Shown one piece after another: positions 41,370 to 52,085 of a stretch of 64,000 nt of DNA. This DNA comes from Proteromonas lacertae. Taxonomy: Eukaryota. The position numbers and the translations under genes are program-made. The DNA is taken from positions 1-64,000 of the forward strand of contig NGBS01000029.1 of assembly GCA_002245135.1 (NCBI GenBank), given 5' to 3'. The notes below the pieces were generated by a model. That model saw only the letters and a program-made list of their open reading frames with translations. It did not search any database and was not told the origin of the DNA. Positions within the stretch are counted from its first letter, which is position 1, and each line of letters starts with the position of its first letter.

Positions 41370-44318
41370 TTAGTTTCTTCTTATTGGTGGTAATGATCGG
41401 TTTACTCCTGTCATTGGATTTGGTAGTGCAGATGTTGATCTTGATGAATAAGATTCAGTTTTTCTACATCTACATAACAAATAGCATACTACTAGTATAA
41501 TTATCACTACAGCTGATCCAGCTATTATTACAATCAACACAACTGTTGATATACCATTTGATATATCATTTGTATCAGGAGGTGCATTTGTAACTTCATA
41601 TATTTGATTTTCTTCATTAAATGATAATTCATTTCCAAATACTGTCGATTTAAATGGAGTAAATTTCAATGATAGTTCTACTTCTTCAGATACAATACGA
41701 TATATATCCAAACCAACATAGAATTCTTCTTCACTAGCTTCTTGTTTTCCAGGCATATTCGAATAACTAGAAGAATAAACTGCTCTTATATTCACTACAT
41801 CAATATCATTGTTAAATGTAAATGAATAGACTTGACCATATCCTCCACTTTCTTGATTTATTTCAAGATATGATATTAAGATACTAACATCATTTATACC
41901 ATAAAAACAATACAAATCTTTTGTGTAATTACCATTATCTGTCTCTATCTTTACTTTTAAACCAGATGGAATACTACCACCAATATCTATATAAAAGTAA
42001 TCATTACTATTCATAAATAATATTGGAAATATCAATAATTCATTCGCTTTTAAATGACGAGTTTGTATTAAACCAGATTGAGTTCTACGACCTGTTGGAA
42101 TTACTGCTGCACGAACTTTAAATACATTATAATTATCACTATTAGTTTCTATAAACTCATAAGCAACTCTTTTATCAATATTATCATTCTGAAATAAGTA
42201 AAAGTGTTTTCCAAGTACTGTCTTTTTATTCTTGTCTCTTTCCAATAAAAATATTTCACTAAATCCTTGAACTTTTAAATCATCTACAGTTTGAAGGATT
42301 TTTGCACTTTCTTCTAGATTCACAGGTATTATTGTATTATATAAATCAGTTAAAACAAGATCATTTCCATCACCAATCATATATCTCTGAACAAATAATA
42401 TATTTCCACTTAACTCTTTTCTTTCAACTCCATCTTCATCAGTCACATATAATACACTCTTTTGACCATATGAATAAGTATAAACTGCATCACTCGCTTT
42501 TCTTAATTTCACATTCACGGATTTGAAATTATTATTATCATCACCATATCTCAGTGTAAAGATATTACCATCATTACTATCTAATACACCAAATGTACCA
42601 AATCGAAAGTTTTCCATTATATCATTATATTTATAGATTCTTGGAGTATTTACATCTCTCAATCCATTAGATAGCATATAACTCCAACTATAATCCAATA
42701 ATCTTTCACAACTAATCACTTTTTCTCCATTTTCTACTGAATTTTGACAGTTATATACATTAGGAGAGAATATCATTGTTGGATCTGGTGGAGCTTCATT
42801 TACAACTTTATGTGGAACATTTGGATAATATTCTATTTCTACTTCTACATAAGGTAAATCATTATATGGTTTTATTGTTTCATCATTTATTGAATCTTCA
42901 TTTACAGCTATGTTATAAGGAGGATGCCATTTAGTTACACGGATTGAAAATGTACCAACATCTTGTTCTTTTGGATAAAAAGTAACACCTAATGGTAAGG
43001 ATGTACTTTCTATTCTAATATCATCTTCAAAATTTGCATCAAATAAAACTGGACATCTCCATTCATCAAAATTATAATTAAAATTTGTATCATTCTTCTT
43101 CACATCACCAGGTGTAAATCTTACACCTTTATTTCGCCAATCTCTTTGACCATTCATATTCCATCGAAATTCTAAAGCTAAACTACCTGAAACAAATGTT
43201 GGATCATCCATCTTCGCATAGATTGATTCTTTTGACATTGGAATTCTTACACTCATTCCATTATGATCAAGTGGAATATCACCTAATGATTCATTACTTG
43301 CATGATTACTTAACAACAATTGTTTACAATATGGAAAATCCCAAGCAAATATTCGATATTTCTCTTTACTTCCTGGTTTTACAACTGGGAAAAAGAATGG
43401 TTCAATTCCTTTATTACTCAACATATTTATATAGTGAGTAATTCCTGGTATTCCAGACCATGTCAATTTATCACCCATTATATTGGCACTATCTAATAAA
43501 CCACATTCAAACACAAATTTATTTACTAAACCAGTTTCACTATTCTTCTTAAAATTGGCATGTCCAAATGCTATATTATGATATAATTCATGAATTGTTG
43601 TTAATACTTGAGGACTATTTGGATCCATTGCATAGCTATACCATTTTATCAATGCCCAATAGGTTGTACGTTGTACATACCAATCAACATGACCAGATGT
43701 AGCTTGACCTTTAATAGTTGGATAAGCAATTGAATCATCAGTGAAAAATACTCTTGAATTAAAACGTACACCTGTACAGATATTATCTAATGTGCAAGCA
43801 TTTTCAAGTATAATATTACGGAATGTTAGAGGATTAGCTTCATTATAGTTAGCTTCTACACATTTCGAAGAGATATACATATCTTTAAAGTTCACATGGG
43901 CACGATTAGCAGTCAAGAGTTTTAAACTCAAATCAAAATATTTTATTGCATTATTCACTTCAGCTACACTTATACAATCATCTTTGTTATTTTGTTTTCT
44001 GGCTCGATATATACCAAATTTAATGTCTTTACCAAATAAATCTGAATAAGATCCAGAGGATTGCAGTTGTCTGCTTTCTAATTCTAATGGAAGATAACTC
44101 AACATTTCGACTCTGTATGGTTCATACATTTTATATGACACAACAGCATCACCTGGTCTTATTTTCAACTCTTTACTGTTGATTATTTCATAATCAAATA
44201 GAGAGCCATTATTCAGTGTGTATATTCCACTGTCATCACTCATGATAAATACAGTTTCATTCCAGTGTATTTCTGAACAAGACACACAACACAAAAGAAG
44301 ATAAAACAAAAATATCAT
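41370..44318 (-). CDS. Membrane-anchored zinc metalloprotease (M11/gametolysin-like), short form
   Basis: Signal peptide from ATG 44318; HELYHNIAFGH followed by DSANIMG (Met-turn-like); C-terminal TM and CRCRK. Confidence 0.8.
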   Translation of the reverse strand: MIFLFYLLLCCVSCSEIHWNETVFIMSDDSGIYTLNNGSLFDYEIINSKELKIRPGDAVVSYKMYEPYRVEMLSYLPLELESRQLQSSGSYSDLFGKDIKFGIYRARKQNNKDDCISVAEVNNAIKYFDLSLKLLTANRAHVNFKDMYISSKCVEANYNEANPLTFRNIILENACTLDNICTGVRFNSRVFFTDDSIAYPTIKGQATSGHVDWYVQRTTYWALIKWYSYAMDPNSPQVLTTIHELYHNIAFGHANFKKNSETGLVNKFVFECGLLDSANIMGDKLTWSGIPGITHYINMLSNKGIEPFFFPVVKPGSKEKYRIFAWDFPYCKQLLLSNHASNESLGDIPLDHNGMSVRIPMSKESIYAKMDDPTFVSGSLALEFRWNMNGQRDWRNKGVRFTPGDVKKNDTNFNYNFDEWRCPVLFDANFEDDIRIESTSLPLGVTFYPKEQDVGTFSIRVTKWHPPYNIAVNEDSINDETIKPYNDLPYVEVEIEYYPNVPHKVVNEAPPDPTMIFSPNVYNCQNSVENGEKVISCERLLDYSWSYMLSNGLRDVNTPRIYKYNDIMENFRFGTFGVLDSNDGNIFTLRYGDDNNNFKSVNVKLRKASDAVYTYSYGQKSVLYVTDEDGVERKELSGNILFVQRYMIGDGNDLVLTDLYNTIIPVNLEESAKILQTVDDLKVQGFSEIFLLERDKNKKTVLGKHFYLFQNDNIDKRVAYEFIETNSDNYNVFKVRAAVIPTGRRTQSGLIQTRHLKANELLIFPILFMNSNDYFYIDIGGSIPSGLKVKIETDNGNYTKDLYCFYGINDVSILISYLEINQESGGYGQVYSFTFNNDIDVVNIRAVYSSSYSNMPGKQEASEEEFYVGLDIYRIVSEEVELSLKFTPFKSTVFGNELSFNEENQIYEVTNAPPDTNDISNGISTVVLIVIIAGSAVVIIILVVCYLLCRCRKTESYSSRSTSALPNPMTGVNRSLPPIRRN

Positions 44319-47300
44319 TTCTAATACATACACAACTGTATTTGTATTTGTATTTTTTTTTTTTTTTCTTCTATACTTGAATTGTTAGAATGAATTCATA
44401 GTATAGAGGTTATATAGAGCTATATGAACGATGTAATATGATTGGTTTTATACAAAATTGAGTGTTATATGTTTTATCCATTTATCCATATTTAAATATA
44501 TATTATTAACATTCTTTATTCTGAATTCATTCTAACAATTCAAGTATAGAAGAAAAAAAAAAAAATACAAATACAAATACAGTTGTGTATGTATTAGAAA
44601 TGATATTTTTGTTTTATCTTCTTTTGTGTTGTGTGTCTTGTTCAGAAATACACTGGAATGAAACTGTATTTATCATGAGTGATGACAGTGGAATATACAC
44701 ACTGAATAATGGCTCTCTATTTGATTATGAAATAATCAACAGTAAAGAGTTGAAAATAAGACCAGGTGATGCTGTTGTGTCATATAAAATGTATGAACCA
44801 TACAGAGTCGAAATGTTGAGTTATCTTCCATTAGAATTAGAAAGCAGACAACTGCAATCCTCTGGATCTTATTCAGATTTATTTGGTAAAGACATTAAAT
44901 TTGGTATATATCGAGCCAGAAAACAAAATAACAAAGATGATTGTATAAGTGTAGCTGAAGTGAATAATGTAATAAAATATTTCGAATTGAGTTTAAAACT
45001 CTTGACTGGTAATCGTGCTCATGTGAACTTTAAAGATATGTATATCTCTTCGAAATGTGTAGAAGCTAACTATAATGAAGCTAATCCTCTAACATTCCGT
45101 AATATTATACTTGAAAATGCTTGCACATTAGATAATATCTGTACAGGTGTACGTTTTAATTCCAGAGTATTTTTCACTGATGATTCAATTGCATATCCAG
45201 GTGTAAAAGGTCAAGCTACACCTGGTCATGTTGATTGGTATGTACAACGTACAACCTATTGGGCATTGATAAAATGGTATAGCTATGCAATGGATCCAAA
45301 TAGTCCTCAAGTATTAACAACAATTCATGAATTATATCATAATATAGCATTTGGACATGCCAATTTCAAGAAGAATAGTGAAACTGGTTTAGTAAATAAA
45401 TTTGTGTTTGAATGTGGTTTATTAGATAGTGCCAATATAATGGGTAATAAATTGACATGGTCTGGAATACCAGGAATTACTCACTATATAAATATGTTGA
45501 GTAATAAAGGAATTGAACCATTCTTTTTCCCAGTTGTAAAACCAGGAAGTAAAGAGAAATATCGAATATTTGCTTGGGATTTTCCATATTGTAAACAATT
45601 GTTGTTAAGTAATCATGCAAGTAATGAATCATTAGGTGATATTCCACTTGATCATAATGGAATGAGTGTAAGAATTCCAATGTCAAAAGAATCAATCTAT
45701 GCGAAGATGGATGATCCAACATTTGTTTCAGGTAGTTTAGCTTTAGAATTTCGATGGAATATGAATGGTCAAAGAGATTGGCGAAATAAAGGTGTAAGAT
45801 TTACACCTGGTGATGTGAAGAAGAATGATACAAATTTTAATTATAATTTTGATGAATGGAGATGTCCAGTTTTATTTGATGCAAATTTTGAAGATGATAT
45901 TAGAATAGAAAGTACATCCTTACCATTAGGTGTTACTTTTTATCCAAAAGAACAAGATGTTGGTACATTTTCAATCCGTGTAACTAAATGGCATCCTCCT
46001 TATAACATAGCTGTAAATGAAGATTCAATAAATGATGAAACAATAAAACCATATAATGATTTACCTTATGTAGAAGTAGAAATAGAATATTATCCAAATG
46101 TTCCACATAAAGTTGTAAATGAAGCTCCACCAGATCCAACAATGATATTCTCTCCTAATGTATATAACTGTCAAAATTCAGTAGAAAATGGAGAAAAAGT
46201 GATTAGTTGTGAAAGATTATTGGATTATAGTTGGAGTTATATGCTATCTAATGGATTGAGAGATGTAAATACTCCAAGAATCTATAAATATAATGATATA
46301 ATGGAAAACTTTCGATTTGGTACATTTGGTGTATTAGATAGTAATGATGGTAATATCTTTACACTGAGATATGGTGATGATAATAATAATTTCAAATCCG
46401 TGAATGTGAAATTAAGAAAAGCGAGTGATGCAGTTTATACTTATTCATATGGTCAAAAGAGTGTATTATATGTGACTGATGAAGATGGAGTTGAAAGAAA
46501 AGAGTTAAGTGGAAATATATTATTTGTTCAGAGATATATGATTGGTGATGGAAATGATCTTGTTTTAACTGATTTATATAATACAATAATACCTGTGAAT
46601 CTAGAAGAAAGTGCAAAAATCCTTCAAACTGTAGATGATTTAAAAGTTCAAGGATTTAGTGAAATATTTTTATTGGAAAGAGACAAGAATAAAAAGACAG
46701 TACTTGGAAAACACTTTTACTTATTTCAGAATGATAATATTGATAAAAGAGTTGCTTATGAGTTTATAGAAACTAATAGTGATAATTATAATGTATTTAA
46801 AGTTCGTGCAGCAGTAATTCCAACAGGTCGTAGAACTCAATCTGGTTTAATACAAACTCGTCATTTAAAAGCGAATGAATTATTGATATTTCCAATATTA
46901 TTTATGAATAGTAATGATTACTTTTATATAGATATTGGTGGTAGTATTCCATCTGGTTTAAAAGTAAAGATAGAGACAGATAATGGTAATTACACAAAAG
47001 ATTTGTATTGTTTTTATGGTATAAATGATGTTAGTATCTTAATATCATATCTTGAAATAAATCAAGAAAGTGGAGGATATGGTCAAGTCTATTCATTTAC
47101 ATTTAACAATGATATTGATGTAGTGAATATAAGAGCAGTTTATTCTTCTAGTTATTCGAATATGCCTGGAAAACAAGAAGCTAGTGAAGAAGAATTCTAT
47201 GTTGGTTTGGATATATATCGTATTGTATCTGAAGAAGTAGAACTATCATTGAAATTTACTCCATTTAAATCGACAGTATTTGGAAATGAATTATCATTTA

Positions 47301-47337
47301 ATGAAGAAAATCAAATATATGAAGTTACAAATGCACC
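41581..47337. repeat. Large inverted repeat: arms 41581-44398 and 44522-47337, 123-bp spacer
   Basis: The arms are reverse complements and encode the same first ~910 aa with 7 amino-acid differences. Confidence 0.95.
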
Positions 47338-49968
47338 ACCACCAACACTAAAACCACCAACAGTTAAACCAACTATTCCTAAACCAACAACTCAGCCTCC
47401 TCAAGATAATACAATTACAGATAAAACAGAATGGGAATATACAGATAGTAGTCAAGTAGATTCATCTTGGAGTTTATATTATAATCCAAATGAAGAGAAT
47501 TGGAAATCAGGAATTGCAACTGAGTTTGATAAAAAGTCATCAATTACAAGATATTATCGAACTTCCTTTGCAATTGAGAATATAAAAGAGATTGGTCCTC
47601 CATCTGTAAGAGTTGCATATAATGATGGTTTATTAATATATGTAAATGGATATGAAGTATTCAGAAGAAATTTACATCCTGGCGAAATATATTCATCAAC
47701 CTTATCATTAAAAAGTGAAATAAATAATAGACTATTAACAATTCCATTGGAAGTAATACAAAATGGAATAAACTATGTAGGAGTTGAAATTCATGAAAAT
47801 TCCAAACCAACAGATAAGAATGATTTATTTGTATTAGAATTATCAAATACAAACGCAATTTACTTATCTACTCAAATATCAAGAGTAGATAATGTGGATT
47901 ATGTTACAACTCCAGCAACTGATAATGAACTAGATAAGGGATATAATGTAGAAGGAATGGAAAAGACATTTGAAATAAAAAAAAATGTAGTTAAAGATTT
48001 TTGTTCTATTAGATTCTATGAGGGTAATGGTCATACTAAACATGAAGAATATTTCTTCCCATATAATATAACCTATACATTCAAAAATAATATAGCGAAT
48101 TATGTAAATGAATTTTCTATATCTGGATGTACTAATAATGCCAATACTCAACCCCAATCTATAAAAATCTATGGAAGTACTGATAGTGATAATCCAATAT
48201 GGAATGAACTATATTCAAATACTAATTTAGGAATAACTGAAACAGGAGGAGGAGGTGATAATGATGCTGGATTAGACTGTTATAATAAACATTCATATAG
48301 TTTATTTAACAATAAAAAGTCATATGAAAGTTATAGATTAGAAGTTCTAAAAGTAAATAATTTTATGATTTCATGGGGACAGTATATTCAATTCAAATTA
48401 TTTGCAGTGAATCAAAAGCCATTATCTGTATGTGAAGGTAATGGAGAATTTCCTACAGTATATGTTGGTGGAAGTTCAATGGTGAAATGTAATTTTGGAT
48501 ATGAAATTCGAAAATGTTTATCTAGTGGTTGGGATAATGTAATTGATGATAGTAAATGTTTTATAAATCCACCAACCCATACTCCAACTACATCAAACCA
48601 ACAATAAATCCAACAACAATAAATCCAACTACATCAAATCCAACAATAAATCCAACAACAATAAATCCAGCAACAATAAATCCAACAATAAATCCAACAA
48701 CTATAAATCCAACAACAATAAATCCAACAACTATAAATCCAACAACTATAAATCCAACAATAAATCCAACAATAAATCCAACAACTATAAATCCAACAAC
48801 TATAAATCCAACAACTATAAATCCAACAACAATAAATCCAACAACAATAAATCCAACTACAATAAATCCAACTACATCAAATCCAACAACTATAAATCCA
48901 ACAACTATAAATCCAACAATAAATCCAACAATAAATCCAACAACTATAAATCCAACAACTATAAATCCAACAACTATAAATCCAACAATAAATCCAACAA
49001 TAAATCCAACTACAATAAATCCAACTACATCAAATCCAACAACTATAAATCCAACTACATCAAAACCAACAACAATCATTCCAACAACACCAAAACCATC
49101 TAATAAGGTTGGAATTGAAATTAGAATCTTTAATATTACAACAGCTGAAGTTACTGAATTAAGTAATAATGAAAAGAATATTCTTATTACATCTATAGCT
49201 GAAATATACAATTTTGAAGGAATAGAATTAAAGATAGAAGAAATTGAAGTTAATACAAACAGAAATAGAAAACAATTATTAAGAAAATTAGATAATGAAA
49301 TAACTGCTGAAATAACATTCACTGTGCCTGAAGAATCAACAATAATGATAGTTTTGAACATTGCTGAAGGGTTAATGAACTCTGACAAATTAAATGAAGG
49401 AATTAAAATGATATGTGGTAAATGTGAAGATACAATTTTTGAAGATGCATATGTTGAAGTAGTAAGAGTAGAAGATAAATCTAATTCAGATGATAGAGAT
49501 GATATAAATGATAATAGTAGTGGTTTATCTATTGCTGTATTAATAGGGATAATAGCTGGTGCAGTTGTAGTGATAGTAATATTAGCAATTGGAATAATGT
49601 TATGTAGATGTAGAAAAGTTGAATCTCATTCATCAAGATCAAAAGCTAAATCTAAAAAGCCAAAACTAGTTGTTGAGAAAGGAGTAAAAGTAAATGAAAA
49701 TGTTAAAAAAGAAAAAGAAGTAGAAAAAGTTGAAGAAAAAGAAGTGGAAATAAACAAAACTGAAGAAGTAAAACCTAATCAACCTCCACCACCACCAAAA
49801 AGAAATGATGAAAAACCAACTCCTCCACCTCCGCCTAAAAGAGGTGAGGTAAAAGCAACTCCACCAACTCCGCCAAAAAGAAAAGAAGTTAACAACACTG
49901 TAGAAGATAAGAATGTGAAAAATTCTTCAGATTCTTCAAGTAGTGGAAGTAGTAGTGGAGAGGAATAA
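44600..49968 (+). CDS. Membrane-anchored zinc metalloprotease, long form with jelly-roll/discoidin-like domains, Cys module, PTTIN stalk, SEA-like domain, TM and Pro-rich tail; one base missing at about 48595-48598
   Basis: ORFs 44585-48607 and 48556-49968 join where the repeat unit TCAAATCCA reads TCAAACCA. Confidence 0.8.
48580..49095 (+). repeat. Coding minisatellite of 12/15-bp units encoding PTIN/PTTIN/PTTSN
   Basis: Tandem CCAACAAC(A/T)ATAAAT units; a shorter related tract lies at 39645-39800. Confidence 0.95.
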
Positions 49969-50205
49969 AATTTCTTTATTATTGCATTATATATCTCTAT
50001 ATTATAATATAAACACTGTTGTTTTTATTAAATAAGAATAAAATTCAATTAATGTAATTATTCAATACTTCTCCCTTTATACTATCCATAATTATTTAAA
50101 TTGCGAAGCTTTATTAAAAGTAATTATTATTAATCATATTAACATTCTCTATCATCTTTGAGTATGAAATGTAAATAATTGTAATTATTATACATAATTA
50201 CAGTG

Positions 50206-50800
50206 ATGGTTTTTGGACTTTATAGACATATTATAAACAGAAAATCAGCATTATATAGATGTATCACATATTTTTTACAATTAAATGGAAATAACGCAAC
50301 TGAAAAACTAGGATCAAAATTTTCATCAATAATTAAAGAAGGTGATAATATATTATTATGCGGGTATAAAATAAAATTTTATTTTTAGTGATATAGGTAT
50401 TGGTAAGACTTCATTCTCAAGAGGTTTAATAAAATCCTACTTTAAAGATCAAGAAATGTTTGTGACATCACCATCATTTATTTTAGATAATGAATACGAA
50501 ATTGGTAACAAAATATTACATCATATAGATTTGTACAGACTAAATAGTTATAATGACTGTGTTGCTCTGGATATTATTAAATTATTTCAATCTAATAGTG
50601 TAGTGGTAATTGAATGGCCTGAAATATTAGGTAACAATCTTCCAAATAAATATATAAAACTAGATTTGAAAGTGAATAAGAATAATGAAGACAGAGATGT
50701 GGAAATATCTATTTATCCAAATACACAACAATCAAGATTGGATGAATGGATAAAAAATATAAATAAAGATTTATTTATAACATCTATTGATAAAAGATGA
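50206..50800 (+). CDS. tsaE: TsaE/YjeE tRNA t6A biosynthesis ATPase with N-terminal extension
   Basis: GDNILLCG/DIGIGKTSFSRG, VTSPSFIL, HIDLYRL, VIEWPE; intron 50364-50388. Confidence 0.9.
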
Positions 50801-50871
50801 TATATATACACTTAATGTAATTTTTATTTTTTCATTCACACATACTCAAAAATAAAATAATTAAATAAATA

Positions 50872-51957
50872 TTACAGTGGTATTCTGATATATTTCCTTG
50901 GAATTTCTTTCTCTATATGTTGATCAGAGTATAATATATCATAAGTAATCTCATCTATTTCTTCTTCTTCTTCTTCACCAAAATTTTCACCATCATCTTC
51001 TTTTACTTGTTGTTGTTGTTGTTCTATATTTGCTTCAGGAGTTTTCATTGGTGTATCTTCTTGAACAGCATTTGGAATATTATTATTGTCATCATTTGTC
51101 TTTTCCTCTTCTCCTTCTTCTTTATTTTCATTCTTTTCTTCTTCTTTTTCTTCTTCTTGTGATGTATTTTCATTATTCTCTTCTTTACTTTCTCCTTCTT
51201 GTTGGAGTGGTTCTTGTGGTGGATTTAATTTCTCTGAATTATTATATTGTTGATCTAAGCCATCTTTTTCTTCTTCTTCTTTCGATGATTTTTCTTTTTT
51301 TCTTCGTATTTTCACTGTATTATGATGAACTCCAGCTATATATCCCAAACTCCACAATTTCCTCATTTCATTTCTTGCTTCTACTGTTGTACCTTTTTCT
51401 AATGGAGTTGTATCTTCTTCTTCATGTTTAAATGTGGATGGTTCATCTGGTAGTAGTCTTATGGCTGTTCTCTTCACATTATGTGCTTCTTTTCTTCCTT
51501 TATCGTATATTACATCAAACATATTATTTCCTATTACTTTGCTTATTTCTCCTTTAAACCATCGATCTCTTCCTGCAAATCGTGCTTCTACCACCATTCC
51601 TACTTTTATATATCCATCTGGATCTTTATCTGCCATAAATCGTTCTACTATTGATAATACTCTTTTATCTGGAATTCTCAGTTTTTCACCTGGAATATTT
51701 GATTCTATATCACCACCTTCATATTTTACATCATAAAATTGATCTTTATTCACTGCCTGAATTGTTCCTCTATACCATATAAAACCATTTCTATATTTAA
51801 CTTCAACTATATCACCAATATTATAAACAGTAGGTCCATCAAGTGAAGCAATACTATCATTTGCTTGTAATGTACTTAGATCAGGTCCATTGTCTGATTG
51901 TATATCCTGGACAGATTCTGGATCTTCACGTTCATCTATAGATGCACTTTCTGACAT
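50872..51957 (-). CDS. Tudor/Agenet-like repeat protein
   Basis: Three units of the type GDIVEV..WYRGTI..YDVKYEGGDIE; the third is split by an acidic insert. Confidence 0.75.
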   Translation of the reverse strand: MSESASIDEREDPESVQDIQSDNGPDLSTLQANDSIASLDGPTVYNIGDIVEVKYRNGFIWYRGTIQAVNKDQFYDVKYEGGDIESNIPGEKLRIPDKRVLSIVERFMADKDPDGYIKVGMVVEARFAGRDRWFKGEISKVIGNNMFDVIYDKGRKEAHNVKRTAIRLLPDEPSTFKHEEEDTTPLEKGTTVEARNEMRKLWSLGYIAGVHHNTVKIRRKKEKSSKEEEEKDGLDQQYNNSEKLNPPQEPLQQEGESKEENNENTSQEEEKEEEKNENKEEGEEEKTNDDNNNIPNAVQEDTPMKTPEANIEQQQQQVKEDDGENFGEEEEEEIDEITYDILYSDQHIEKEIPRKYIRIPL

Positions 51958-52085
51958 TTAGAAATAAATAGAATTCAAAAATCAGAAAAAATAAAAAAAA
52001 AAAACCGAAAATTATTATTAAAAATATAGGCGTTCCAATTATCGTTTTGATATTTTTATTTAATATATTGATGCTAACACAATAA

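Noticed and set aside
41581..47337. Inverted repeat as a fold-back read artefact
   Set aside because: The arms carry clustered substitutions, there is a unique spacer, and each arm continues in frame into a different, coherent C-terminus.
48580..49095. Regular repeat array considered as CRISPR or telomeric repeat
   Set aside because: No unique spacers; units are multiples of 3 inside a coding frame.
48588..49388. Minus-strand ORF of GFIVV repeats (also 39561-39848)
   Set aside because: Antisense shadow of the PTTIN stalk.
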